From Auanema rhodensis (Eukaryota > Animalia > Nematoda): DNA of 64,000 nt. Shown here piece after piece: positions 10,400 to 24,800 of this stretch; position 1 is the first letter of the stretch; the number at the start of each line of letters is the position of its first letter. Where the stretch lies: positions 2,418,001 through 2,482,000 of the forward strand of contig OZ059897.1 of NCBI GenBank assembly GCA_964057225.1, given 5' to 3'. A program made the position numbers and the translations under genes. The notes beneath the pieces were generated by a model. That model did not search any database and was not told the origin of the DNA. It saw only the letters and a program-made list of their open reading frames with translations.

Positions 10400-13207
10400 T
10401 TCACCCTGAAGAAATGATTTTTTCGTTGAATAACATTGTCCATCGTCTTTGCCTTAAAAAAAGAAATCCAAAAACTCCTACTTTTTGTGAAATTATTTAG
10501 AAATTTTTCGGGAAAATTTTTGTCACAATGTTTTTGGAAGCAATGTTGAGTGTACATGGGAACTCAACATACACTAATGCATTATTTTTCAAACGATCAT
10601 AACTAATTTTTGTATAGAGCGTTTCTCAATGTAGTATAGTGCATTCGATGCGGATTTTTAAGCTGCGTTGATCTGTGTTATCAGATTTGAGTTAACTTAA
10701 AAATGCACCGAGATATCAACTGATATAGGTTCACACATATATCCTCGATTTTCACCCTGAAGAAATGATTTTTTCGTTGAATAACATTGTCCATCGTCTT
10801 TGCCTTAAAAAAAGAAATCCAAAAACTCCTACTTTTTGTGAAATTATTTAGAAATTTTTCGGGAAAATTTTTGTCACAATGTTTTTGGAAGCAATGTTGG
10901 GTGTACATGGGAACTCAACATACACTAATGCATTATTTTTCAAACGATCATAACTAATTTTTGTATAGAGCGTTTCTCATTGTAGTATAGTGCATTCGAT
11001 GCGGATTTTTAAGCTGCGTTGATCTGTGTTATCAGATTTGCGCTAGCTTAAAAATGCACCGAGATATCAACTGATATATGTTCACACTTATATCCTCGAT
11101 TTTCACCCTGAAGAAATGATTTTTTCGTTGAATAACATTGTCCATCATCTTTGTCTTGAAAAAAGGAATCTAAAAACATCTACTTTTTGTGAAATTATTT
11201 AGAAATTTTTCGGGAAAATTTTTGTCAAAATGTTTTTGGAAGCAATGTTGAGTGTACATGGAAACTCAACATACACTAATGCATTATTTTTCAAACGATC
11301 ATAACTAATTTTTGTATGGAGCGTTTCTCAATGTAGTATAGTGCATTCGATGCGGATTTTTAAGCTGCGTTGATCTGTGTTATCAGATTTGCGCTAGCTT
11401 AAAAATGCACCGAGTAATCAACTGATATAGGTTCACACTTATATCCTCGATTTTCACCCTAAAGAATTAATTTTTTCGTTGAATAACATTGTCCATCGTC
11501 TTTGCCTTGAAAAAAGAAATCTAAAAACTCCTACTTTTTGTAAAATTATTTAGAAATTTTTCGGGAAAATTTTTGTCACAATGTTTTTGGAAGCAATGTT
11601 GAGTGTACATGGGAACTCAACATACACTAATGCATTATTTTTCAAACGATCATAACTAATTTTTGTATAGAGCGTTTCTTAATGTAGTATAGTGCATTCG
11701 ATGCGGATTTTTAAGCTGCGTTGATCTGTGTTATCAGATTTGAGTTAACTTAAAAATGCACCGAGATATCAACTGATATATGTTCACACTTATATCCTCG
11801 ATTTTCACCCTGAAGAAATGATTTTTTCGTTGAATAACATTGTCCATCGTCTTTGCCTTAAAAAAAGAAATCCAAAAACTCCTACTTTTTGTGAAATTAT
11901 TTAGAAATTTTTCGGGAAAATTTTTGTCACAATGTTTTTGGAAGCAATGTTGAGTGTACATGGGAACTCAACATACACTAATGCATTATTTTTCAAACGA
12001 TCATAACTAATTTTTGTATAGAGCGTTTCTCAATGTAGTATAGTGCATTCGATGCGGATTTTTAAGCTGCGTTGATCTGTGTTATCAGATTTGAGTTAAC
12101 TTAAAAATGCACCGAGATATCAACTGATATAGGTTCACACATATATCCTCGATTTTCACCCTGAAGAAATGATTTTTTCGTTGAATAACATTGTCCATCG
12201 TCTTTGCCTTAAAAAAAGAAATCCAAAAACTCCTACTTTTTGTGAAATTATTTAGAAATTTTTCGGGAAAATTTTTGTCACAATGTTTTTGGAAGCAATG
12301 TTGGGTGTACATGGGAACTCAACATACACTAATGCATTATTTTTCAAACGATCATAACTAATTTTTGTATAGAGCGTTTCTCATTGTAGTATAGTGCATT
12401 CGATGCGGATTTTTAAGCTGCGTTGATCTGTGTTATCAGATTTGCGCTAGCTTAAAAATGCACCGAGATATCAACTGATATATGTTCACACTTATATCCT
12501 CGATTTTCACCCTGAAGAAATGATTTTTTCGTTGAATAACATTGTCCATCATCTTTGTCTTGAAAAAAGGAATCTAAAAACATCTACTTTTTGTGAAATT
12601 ATTTAGAAATTTTTCGGGAAAATTTTTGTCAAAATGTTTTTGGAAGCAATGTTGAGTGTACATGGAAACTCAACATACACTAATGCATTATTTTTCAAAC
12701 GATCATAACTAATTTTTGTATGGAGCGTTTCTCAATGTAGTATAGTGCATTCGATGCGGATTTTTAAGCTGCGTTGATCTGTGTTATCAGATTTGCGCTA
12801 GCTTAAAAATGCACCGAGTAATCAACTGATATAGGTTCACACTTATATCCTCGATTTTCACCCTAAAGAATTAATTTTTTCGTTGAATAACATTGTCCAT
12901 CGTCTTTGCCTTGAAAAAAGAAATCTAAAAACTCCTACTTTTTGTAAAATTATTTAGAAATTTTTCGGGAAAATTTTTGTCACAATGTTTTTGGAAGCAA
13001 TGTTGAGTGTACATGGGAACTCAACATACACTAATGCATTATTTTTCAAACGATCATAACTAATTTTTGTATAGAGCGTTTCTTAATGTAGTATAGTGCA
13101 TTCGATGCGGATTTTTAAGCTGCGTTGATCTGTGTTATCAGATTTGAGTTAACTTAAAAATGCACCGAGATATCAACTGATATATGTTCACACTTATATC
13201 CTCGATT
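10400..13207. repeat. Tandem duplication of a 4-monomer block (1404 bp x2)
   Basis: Private markers each occur twice, 1404 bp apart: atgttgggt (10900, 12304), atggaaact and catcatctttg. The minus-strand ORFs pair as 10330/11734 and 10681/12085. Confidence 0.92.
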
Positions 13208-15899
13208 TTCACCCTGAAGAAATGATTTTTTCGTTGAAAAACATTGTCCATCGTATTCGTTTTGAAAAAAGAAATCTAAAAACATCTACTTTTTGTGAAA
13301 TTATTTAGAAATTTTTCGGGAAAATTTTTGTCAAAATGTTTTTGGAAGCAATGTTGAGTGTACATGGGAACTCAACATACACTAATGCATTATTTTTCAA
13401 ACGATCATAACTAATTTTTGTATAGAGCGTTTCTCAATGTAGTATAGTGCATTCGATGCGGATTTTTAAGCTGCGTTGATCTGTGTTATTAGATTTCAGT
13501 TAGCTTAAAAATGCACCGAGATATCAACTGATATATGTTCACACTTATATCCTCGATTTTCACCCTGAAGAAATGATTTTTTCGTTGAATAACATTGTCC
13601 ATCGTCTTCGTCTTGAAAAAAGGAATCTAAAAACATCTACTTTTTGTGAAATTATTCAGAAATTTTTCGGGAAAATTTTTGTCAAAATGTTTTTGGAAGC
13701 AATGTTGAGTGTACATGGGAACTCAACATACACTAATGCATTATTTTTCAAACGATCATAACTAATTTTTGTATAAAGCGTTTCTCAATGTAGTATAGTG
13801 CATTCGATGCGGATTTTTAAGCTGCGTTGATCTGTGTTATCAGATTTGAGTTAACTTAAAAATGCACCGAGTAATCAACTGATATAGGTTCACACTTATA
13901 TCCTCGATTTTCACCCTAAAGAATTAATTTTTTCGTTGAATAACATTGTCCATCGTCTTTGCCTTGAAAAAAGAAATCTAAAAACTCCTACTTTTTGTAA
14001 AATTATTTAGAAATTTTTCGGGAAAATTTTTGTCAAAATGTTTTTGGAAGCAATGTTGAGTGTACATGGGAACTCTACATACACTAATGCATTATTTTTC
14101 AAACGATCATAACTAATTTTTGTATAGAGCGTTTCTTAATGTAGTATAGTGCATTCGATGCGGATTTTTAAGCTGCGTTGATCTGTGTTATCAGATTTGA
14201 GTTAGCTTAAAAATGCACCGAGATATCAACTGATATATGTTCACACTTATATCCTCGATTTTCACCCTGAAGAAATGATTTTTTCGTTGAATGACATTGT
14301 CCATCGTCTTTGCCTTGAAAAAAGAAATCTAAAAACTCCTACTTTTTGTAAAATTATTTAGAAATTTTTCGGGAAAATTTTTGTCAAAATGTTTTTGGAA
14401 GCAATGTTGAGTGTACATGGGAACTCAACATACACTAATGCATTATTTTTCAAACGATCATAACTAATTTTTGTATAGAGCGTTTCTCAATGTAGTATAG
14501 TGCATTCGATGCGGATTTTTAAGCTGCGTTGATCTGTGTTATCAGATTTGAGTTAACTTAAAAATGCACCGAGATATCAACTGATATATGTTCACACTTA
14601 TATCCTCGATTTTCACCCTGAAGAAATGATTTTTTCGTTGAAAAACATTGTCCATCGTATTCGTTTTGAAAAAAGAAATCTAAAAACATCTACTTTTTGT
14701 GAAATTATTTAGAAATTTTTCGGGAAAATTTTTGTCAAAATGTTTTTGGAAGCAATGTTGAGTGTACATGGGAACTCAACATACACTAATGCATTATTTT
14801 TCAAACGATCATAACTAATTTTTGTATAGAGCGTTTCTCATTGTAGTATAGTGCATTCGATGCGGATTTTCAAGCTGCGTCGATCTGTGTTATCAGATTT
14901 GAGTTAACTTAAAAATGCACCGAGATATCAACTGATATAGGTTCACACTTGTATCCTCGATTTTCACCCTGAAGAAATGATTTTTTCGTTGAAAAACATT
15001 GTCCATCGTATTCGTCTTGAAAAAAGGAATCTAAAAACATCTACTTTTTGTGAAATTATTTAGAAATTTCTCGGGAAAATTTTTGTCAAAATGTTTTTGG
15101 AAGCAATGTTGAGTGTACATGGGAACTCAACATACACTAATGCATTATTTTTCAAACGATCATAACTAATTTTTGTATAGAGCGTTTCTCATTGTAGTAT
15201 AGTGCATTCGATGCGGATTTTTAAGCTGCGTTGATCTGTGTTATCAGATTTGAGTTAACTTAAAAATGCACCGAGATATCAACTGATATAGGTTCACACA
15301 TATATCCTCGATTTTCACCCTGAAGAAATGATTTTTTCGTTGAAAAACATTGTCCATCGTCTTCGTCTTGAAAAAAGGAATCTAAAAACATCTACTTTTT
15401 GTGAAATTATTCAGAAATTTTTCGGGAAAATTTTTGTCAAAATGTTTTTGGAAGCAATGTTGAGTGTACATGGGAACTCAACATACACTAATGCATTATT
15501 TTTCAAACGATCATAACTAATTTTTGTATAGAGCGTTTCTTAATGTAGTATAGTGCATTCGATGCGGATTTTTAAGCTGCGTTGATCTGTGTTATCAGAT
15601 TTGAGTTAACTTAAAAATGCACCGAGATATCAACTGATATATGTTCACACTTATATCCTCGATTTTCACCCTGAAGAAATGATTTTTTCGTTGAAAAACA
15701 TTGTCCATCGTATTCGTTTTGAAAAAAGAAATCTAAAAACATCTACTTTTTGTGAAATTATTTAGAAATTTTTCGGGAAAATTTTTGTCAAAATGTTTTT
15801 GGAAGCAATGTTGAGTGTACATGGGAACTCAACATACACTAATGCATTATTTTTCAAACGATCATAACTAATTTTTGTATAGAGCGTTTCTCAATGTAG

Positions 15900-18800
15900 T
15901 ATAGTGCATTCGATGCGGATTTTTAAGCTGCGTTGATCTGTGTTATTAGATTTCAGTTAGCTTAAAAATGCACCGAGATATCAACTGATATATGTTCACA
16001 CTTATATCCTCGATTTTCACCCTGAAGAAATGATTTTTTCGTTGAATAACATTGTCCATCGTCTTCGTCTTGAAAAAAGGAATCTAAAAACATCTACTTT
16101 TTGTGAAATTATTTAGAAATTTTTCGGGAAAATTTTTGTCAAAATGTTTTTGGAAGCAATGTTGAGTGTACTTGGGAACTCAACATACACTAATGCATTA
16201 TTTTTCAAACGATCATAACTAATTTTTGTATAAAGCGTTTCACAATGTAGTATAGTGCATTCGATGCGGATTTTTAAGCTGCGTTGATCTGTGTTATCAG
16301 ATTTGAGTTAACTTAAAAATGCACCGAGATATCAACTGATATATGTTCACACTTATATCCTCGATTTTCACCCTGAAGAAATGATTTTTTCGTTGAATGA
16401 CATTGTCCATCGTCTTCGTCTTGAAAAAAGGAATCTAAAAACATCTACTTTTTGTGAAATTATTTAGAAATTTTTCGGGAAAATTTTTGTCAAAATGTTT
16501 TTGGAAGCAATGTTGAGTGTACATGGGAACTCAACATACACTAATGCATTATTTTTCAAACGATCATAACTAATTTTTGTATAAAGCGTTTCTCAATGTA
16601 GTATAGTGCATTCGATGCGGATTTTTAAGCTGCGTTGATCTGTGTTATCAGATTTGAGTTAACTTAAAAATGCACCGAGTAATCAACTGATATAGGTTCA
16701 CACTTATATCCTCGATTTTCACCCTAAAGAATTAATTTTTTCGTTGAATAACATTGTCCATCGTCTTTGCCTTGAAAAAAGAAATCTAAAAACTCCTACT
16801 TTTTGTAAAATTATTTAGAAATTTTTCGGGAAAATTTTTGTCAAAATGTTTTTGGAAGCAATGTTGAGTGTACATGGGAACTCAACATACACTAATGCAT
16901 TATTTTTCAAACGATCATAACTAATTTTTGTATAGAGCGTTTCTTAATGTAGTATAATGCATTCGATGCGGATTTTTAAGCTGCGTTGATCTGTGTTATC
17001 AGATTTGAGTTAGCTTAAAAATGCACCGAGATATCAACTGATATATGTTCACACTTATATCCTCGATTTTCACCCTGAAGAAATGATTTTTTCGTTGAAA
17101 AACATTGTCCATCGTATTCGTTTTGAAAAAAGAAATCTAAAAACATCTACTTTTTGTGAAATTATTTAGAAATTTTTCGGGAAAATTTTTGTCAAAATGT
17201 TTTTGGAAGCAATGTTGAGTGTACATGGGAACTCAACATACACTAATGCATTATTTTTCAAACGATCATAACTAATTTTTGTATAGAGCGTTTCTCAATG
17301 TAGTATAGTGCATTCGATGCGGATTTTTAAGCTGCGTTGATCTGTGTTATTAGATTTCAGTTAGCTTAAAAATGCACCGAGATATCAACTGATATATGTT
17401 CACACTTATATCCTCGATTTTCACCCTGAAGAAATGATTTTTTCGTTGAATAACATTGTCCATCGTCTTCGTCTTGAAAAAAGGAATCTAAAAACATCTA
17501 CTTTTTGTGAAATTATTTAGAAATTTTTCGGGAAAATTTTTGTCAAAATGTTTTTGGAAGCAATGTTGAGTGTACTTGGGAACTCAACATACACTAATGC
17601 ATTATTTTTCAAACGATCATAACTAATTTTTGTATAAAGCGTTTCACAATGTAGTATAGTGCATTCGATGCGGATTTTTAAGCTGCGTTGATCTGTGTTA
17701 TCAGATTTGAGTTAACTTAAAAATGCACCGAGATATCAACTGATATATGTTCACACTTATATCCTCGATTTTCACCCTGAAGAAATGATTTTTTCGTTGA
17801 ATGACATTGTCCATCGTCTTCGTCTTGAAAAAAGGAATCTAAAAACATCTACTTTTTGTGAAATTATTTAGAAATTTTTCGGGAAAATTTTTGTCAAAAT
17901 GTTTTTGGAAGCAATGTTGAGTGTACATGGGAACTCAACATACACTAATGCATTATTTTTCAAACGATCATAACTAATTTTTGTATAAAGCGTTTCTCAA
18001 TGTAGTATAGTGCATTCGATGCGGATTTTTAAGCTGCGTTGATCTGTGTTATCAGATTTGAGTTAACTTAAAAATGCACCGAGTAATCAACTGATATAGG
18101 TTCACACTTATATCCTCGATTTTCACCCTAAAGAATTAATTTTTTCGTTGAATAACATTGTCCATCGTCTTTGCCTTGAAAAAAGAAATCTAAAAACTCC
18201 TACTTTTTGTAAAATTATTTAGAAATTTTTCGGGAAAATTTTTGTCAAAATGTTTTTGGAAGCAATGTTGAGTGTACATGGGAACTCAACATACACTAAT
18301 GCATTATTTTTCAAACGATCATAACTAATTTTTGTATAGAGCGTTTCTTAATGTAGTATAATGCATTCGATGCGGATTTTTAAGCTGCGTTGATCTGTGT
18401 TATCAGATTTGAGTTAGCTTAAAAATGCACCGAGATATCAACTGATATATGTTCACACTTATATCCTCGATTTTCACCCTGAAGAAATGATTTTTTCGTT
18501 GAATGACATTGTCCATCGTCTTTGCCTTGAAAAAAGAAATCTAAAAACTCCTACTTTTTGTAAAATTATTTAGAAATTTTTCGGGAAAATTTTTGTCAAA
18601 ATGTTTTTGGAAGCAATGTTGAGTGTACATGGGAACTCAACATACACTAATGCATTATTTTTCAAACGATCATAACTAATTTTTGTATAGAGCGTTTCTC
18701 AATGTAGTATAGTGCATTCGATGCGGATTTTTAAGCTGCGTTGATCTGTGTTATCAGATTTGAGTTAACTTAAAAATGCACCGAGATATCAACTGATATA

Positions 18801-21800
18801 TGTTCACACTTATATCCTCGATTTTCACCCTGAAGAAATGATTTTTTCGTTGAAAAACATTGTCCATCGTATTCGTTTTGAAAAAAGAAATCTAAAAACA
18901 TCTACTTTTTGTGAAATTATTTAGAAATTTTTCGGGAAAATTTTTGTCAAAATGTTTTTGGAAGCAATGTTGAGTGTACATGGGAACTCAACATACACTA
19001 ATGCATTATTTTTCAAACGATCATAACTAATTTTTGTATAGAGCGTTTCTCATTGTAGTATAGTGCATTCGATGCGGATTTTTAAGCTGCGTTGATCTGT
19101 GTTATCAGATTTGAGTTAACTTAAAAATGCACCGAGATATCAACTGATATAGGTTCACACATATATCCTCGATTTTCACCCTGAAGAAATGATTTTTTCG
19201 TTGAAAAACATTGTCCATCGTCTTCGTCTTGAAAAAAGGAATCTAAAAACATCTACTTTTTGTGAAATTATTCAGAAATTTTTCGGGAAAATTTTTGTCA
19301 AAATGTTTTTGGAAGCAATGTTGAGTGTACATGGGAACTCAACATACACTAATGCATTATTTTTCAAACGATCATAACTAATTTTTGTATAGAGCGTTTC
19401 TCAATGTAGTATAGTGCATTCGATGCGGATTTTTAAGCTGCGTTGATCTGTGTTATCAGATTTGAGTTAGCTTAAAAATGCACCGAGATATCAACTGATA
19501 TTTGTTCACACTTATATCCTCGATTTTCACCCTGAAGAATTAATTTTTTCGTTGAATAACATTGTCCATCGTCTTTGCCTTGAAAAAAGAAATCTAAAAA
19601 CTCCTACTTTTTGTGAAATTGTTTAGAAATTTTTCGGGAAAATTTTTGTCACAATGTTTTTGGAAGCAATGTTGAGTGTACATGGGAACTCAGCATACAC
19701 TAATGCATTATTTTTCAAACGATCATAACTAATCTTTGTATAGAGCGTTTCTCAATGTAGTAAAGTGCATTCGATGCGGATTTTTAAGCTGCGTTGATCT
19801 GTGTTATCAGATTTGAGCTAGCTTAAAAATGCACCGAGATATCAACTGATATATGTTCACACTTATATCCTCGATTTTCACCCTGAAGAAATGATTTTTT
19901 CGTTGAATAACATTGTCATTTGTCTTCGTCTTGAAAAAAGGAATCTAAAAACATCTACTTGTTGTGAAATTATTTAGAAATTTTTCGGGAAAATTTTTGT
20001 CAAAATGTTTTTGGAAGCAATGTTGAGTGTACATGGGAAGTCAACATACACTAATGCATTATTTTTCAAACGATCATAACTAATTTTTGTATAGAGCGTT
20101 TCTCATTGTAGTATAGTGCATTCGATGCGGATTTTTAAGCTGCGTTGATCTGTGTTATCAGATTTGCGCTAGCTTAAAAATGCACCGAGTAATCAACTGA
20201 TATAGGTTCACACTTATATCCTCGATTTTCACCCTGAAGAATTAATTTTTTCGTTGAATAACATTGTCCATCGTCTTCGCCTTGAAAAAAGAAATCCAAA
20301 AACTCCTACTTTTTGTGAAATTATTTAGAAATTTTTCGGGAAAATTTTTGTCACAATGTTTTTGGAAGCAATGTTGAGTGTACATGGGAACTCAGCATAC
20401 ACTAATGCATTATTTTTCAAACGATCATAACTAATTTTTGTATAGAGCGTTTCTCATTGTAGTATAATGCATTCGATGCGGATTTTTAAGCTGCGTTGAT
20501 CTGTGTTATCAGATTTGAGTTAACTTAAAAATGCACCGAGATATCAACTGATATATGTTCACACTTATATCCTCGATTTTCACCCTGAAGAAATGATTTT
20601 TTCGTTGAATAACATTGTCCATCGTCTTCGTCTTGAAAAAAGGAATCTAAAAACATCTACTTTTTGTGAAATTATTTAGAAATTTTTCGGGAAAATTTTT
20701 GTCAAAATGTTTTTGGAAGCAATGTTGAGTGTACATGGGAACTCAACATACACTAATGCATTATTTTTCAAACGATCATAACTAATTTTTGTATAGAGCG
20801 TTTCTCATTGTAGTATAATGCATTCGATGCGGATTTTTAAGCTGCGTTGATCTGTGTTATCAGATTTGAGTTAACTTAAAAATGCACCGAGATATCAACT
20901 GATATAGGTTCACACATATATCCTCGATTTTCAACCTGAAGAAATGATTTTTTCGTTGAAAAACATTGTCCATCGTCTTCGTCTTGAAAAAAGGAATCTA
21001 AAAACATCTACTTTTTGTGAAATTATTCAGAAATTTTTCGGGAAAATTTTTGTCAAAATGTTTTTGGAAGCAATGTTGAGTGTACATGGGAACTCAACAT
21101 ACACTAATGCATTATTTTTCAAACGATCATAACTAATTTTTGTATAGAGCGTTTCTCAATGTAGTATAGTGCATTCGATGCGGATTTTTAAGCTGCGTTG
21201 ATCTGTGTTATCAGATTTGAGTTAGCTTAAAAATGCACCGAGATATCAACTGATATTTGTTCACACTTATATCCTCGATTTTCACCCTGAAGAATTAATT
21301 TTTTCGTTGAATAACATTGTCCATCGTCTTTGCCTTGAAAAAAGAAATCTAAAAACTCCTACTTTTTGTGAAATTGTTTCGAAATTTTTCGGGAAAATTT
21401 TTGTCACAATGTTTTTGGAAGCAATGTTGAGTGTACATGGGAACTCAGCATACACTAATGCATTATTTTTCAAACGATCATAACTAATCTTTGTATAGAG
21501 CGTTTCTCAATGTAGTATAGTGCATTCGATGCGGATTTTTAAGCTGCGTTGATCTGTGTTATCAGATTTGCGCTAGCTTAAAAATGCACCGAGATATCAA
21601 CTGATATATGTTCACACTTATATCCTCGATTTTCACCCTGAAGAAATGATTTTTTCGTTGAATAACATTGTCATTTGTCTTCGTCTTGAAAAAAGGAATC
21701 TAAAAACATCTACTTGTTGTGAAATTATTTAGAAATTTTTCGGGAAAATTTTTGTCAAAATGTTTTTGGAAGCAATGTTGAGTGTACATGGGAACTCAAC

Positions 21801-24800
21801 ATACACTAATGCATTATTTTTCAAACGATCATAACTAATTTTTGTATAGAGCGTTTCTCATTGTAGTATAGTGCATTCGATGCGGATTTTTAAGCTGCGT
21901 TGATCTGTGTTATCAGATTTGCGCTAGCTTAAAAATGCACCGAGTAATCAACTGATATAGGTTCACACTTATATCCTCGATTTTCACCCTGAAGAATTAA
22001 TTTTTTCGTTGAATAACATTGTCCATCGTCTTCGCCTTGAAAAAAGAAATCCAAAAACTCCTACTTTTTGTGAAATTATTTAGAAATTTTTCGGGAAAAT
22101 TTTTGTCACAATGTTTTTGGAAGCAATGTTGAGTGTACATGGGAACTCAGCATACACTAATGCATTATTTTTCAAACGATCATAACTAATTTTTGTATAG
22201 AGCGTTTCTCAATGTAGCATAGTGCATTCGATGCGGATTTTTATGCTGCGTTGATCTGTGTTATCAGATTTCAGTTAGCTTGAAAATGCACCGAGATATC
22301 AACTGATATATGTTCACACTTATATCCTCGATTTTCACCCTGAAGAAATGATTTTTTCGTTGAAAAACATTGTCCTTCGTATTCGTCTTGAAAAAAGAAA
22401 TCTAAAAACATCTACTTTTTGTGAAATTATTTAGAAATTTTTCGGGAAAATTTTTGTCAAAATGTTTTTGGAAGCAATGTTGAGTGTACATGGGAACTCA
22501 ACATACACTAATGCATTATTTTTCAAACGATCATAACTAATTTTTGTATAGAGCGTTTCTCATTGTAGTATAGTGCATTCGATGCGGATTTTCAAGCTGC
22601 GTTGATCTGTGTTATCAGATTTGAGTTAACTTAAAAATGCACCGAGATATCAACTGATATAGGTTCACACTTGTATCCTCGATTTTCACCCTGAAGAAAT
22701 GATTTTTTCGTTGAAAAACATTGTCCATCGTATTCGTCTTGAAAAAAGGAATCTAAAAACATCTACTTTTTGTGAAATTATTTAGAAATTTTTCGGGAAA
22801 ATTTTTGTCAAAATGTTTTTGGAAGCAATGTTGAGTGTACAGGGGAACTCAACATACACTAATGCATTATTTTTCAAACGATCATAACTAATTTTTGTAT
22901 AGAGCGTTTCTCAATGTAGTATAGTGCATTCGATGCGGATTTTTAAGCTGCGTTGATCTGTGTTATCAGATTTGAGTTAACTTAAAAATGCACCGAGATA
23001 TCAACTGATATAGGTTCACACTTATATCCTCGATTTTCACCCTGAAGAAATGATTTTTTCGTTGAATAACATTGTCCATCGTCTTCGTCTTAAAAAAAGG
23101 AATCTAAAAACATCTACTTTTTGTGAAATTATTTAGAAATTTTTCGGGAAAATTTTTGTCAAAATGTTTTTGGAAGCAATGTTGAGTGTACATGGGAACT
23201 CAACATACACTTATGCATTATTTTTCAAACGATCATAACTAATTTTTGTATAGAGCGTTTCTCAATGTAGTATAGTGCATTCGATGCGGATTTCTAAGCT
23301 GCGTTGATCTGTGTTATCAGATTTGAGTTAGCTTAAAAATGCACCGAGATATCAACTGATATAGGTTCACACTTATATCCTCGATTTTCACCCTGAAGAA
23401 TTAATTTTTTCGTTGAATAACATTGTCCATCGTCTTCGCCTTGAAAAAAGAAATCCAAAAACTCCTACTTTTTGTGAAATTATTTAGAAATTTTTCGGGA
23501 AAATTTTTGTCAAAATGTTTTTGGAAGCAATGTTGAGTGTACATGGGAACTCAACATACACTAATGCATTATTTTTCAAACGATCATAACTAATTTTTGT
23601 ATGGAGCGTTTCCCAATGTAGTATAGTGCATTCGATGCGGATTTTTAAGCTGCGTTGATCTGTGTTATTAGATTTCAGTTAGCTTAAAAATGCACCGAGA
23701 TATCAACTGATATATGTTCACACTTATATCCTCGATTTTCACCCTGAAGAAATGATTTTTTCGTTGAATAACATTGTCCATCGTCTTCGTCTTGAAAAAA
23801 GGAATCTAAAAACATCTACTTTTTGTGAAATTATTTAGAAATTTTTCGGGAAAATTTTTGTCAAAATGTTTTTGGAAGCAATGTTGAGTGTACTTGGGAA
23901 CTCAACATACACTAATGCATTATTTTTCAAACGATCATAACTAATTTTTGTATAAAGCGTTTCACAATGTAGTATAGTGCATTCGATGCGGATTTTTAAG
24001 CTGCGTTGATCTGTGTTATCAGATTTGAGTTAACTTAAAAATGCACCGAGATATCAACTGATATATGTTCACACTTATATCCTCGATTTTCACCCTGAAG
24101 AAATGATTTTTTCGTTGAATGACATTGTCCATCGTCTTCGTCTTGAAAAAAGGAATCTAAAAACATCTACTTTTTGTGAAATTATTTAGAAATTTTTCGG
24201 GAAAATTTTTGTCAAAATGTTTTTGGAAGCAATGTTGAGTGTACATGGGAACTCAACATACACTAATGCATTATTTTTCAAACGATCATAACTAATTTTT
24301 GTATAAAGCGTTTCTCAATGTAGTATAGTGCATTCGATGCGGATTTTTAAGCTGCGTTGATCTGTGTTATCAGATTTGAGTTAACTTAAAAATGCACCGA
24401 GTAATCAACTGATATAGGTTCACACTTATATCCTCGATTTTCACCCTAAAGAATTAATTTTTTCGTTGAATAACATTGTCCATCGTCTTTGCCTTGAAAA
24501 AAGAAATCTAAAAACTCCTACTTTTTGTAAAATTATTTAGAAATTTTTCGGGAAAATTTTTGTCAAAATGTTTTTGGAAGCAATGTTGAGTGTACATGGG
24601 AACTCAACATACACTAATGCATTATTTTTCAAACGATCATAACTAATTTTTGTATAGAGCGTTTCTTAATGTAGTATAATGCATTCGATGCGGATTTTTA
24701 AGCTGCGTTGATCTGTGTTATCAGATTTGAGTTAGCTTAAAAATGCACCGAGATATCAACTGATATATGTTCACACTTATATCCTCGATTTTCACCCTGA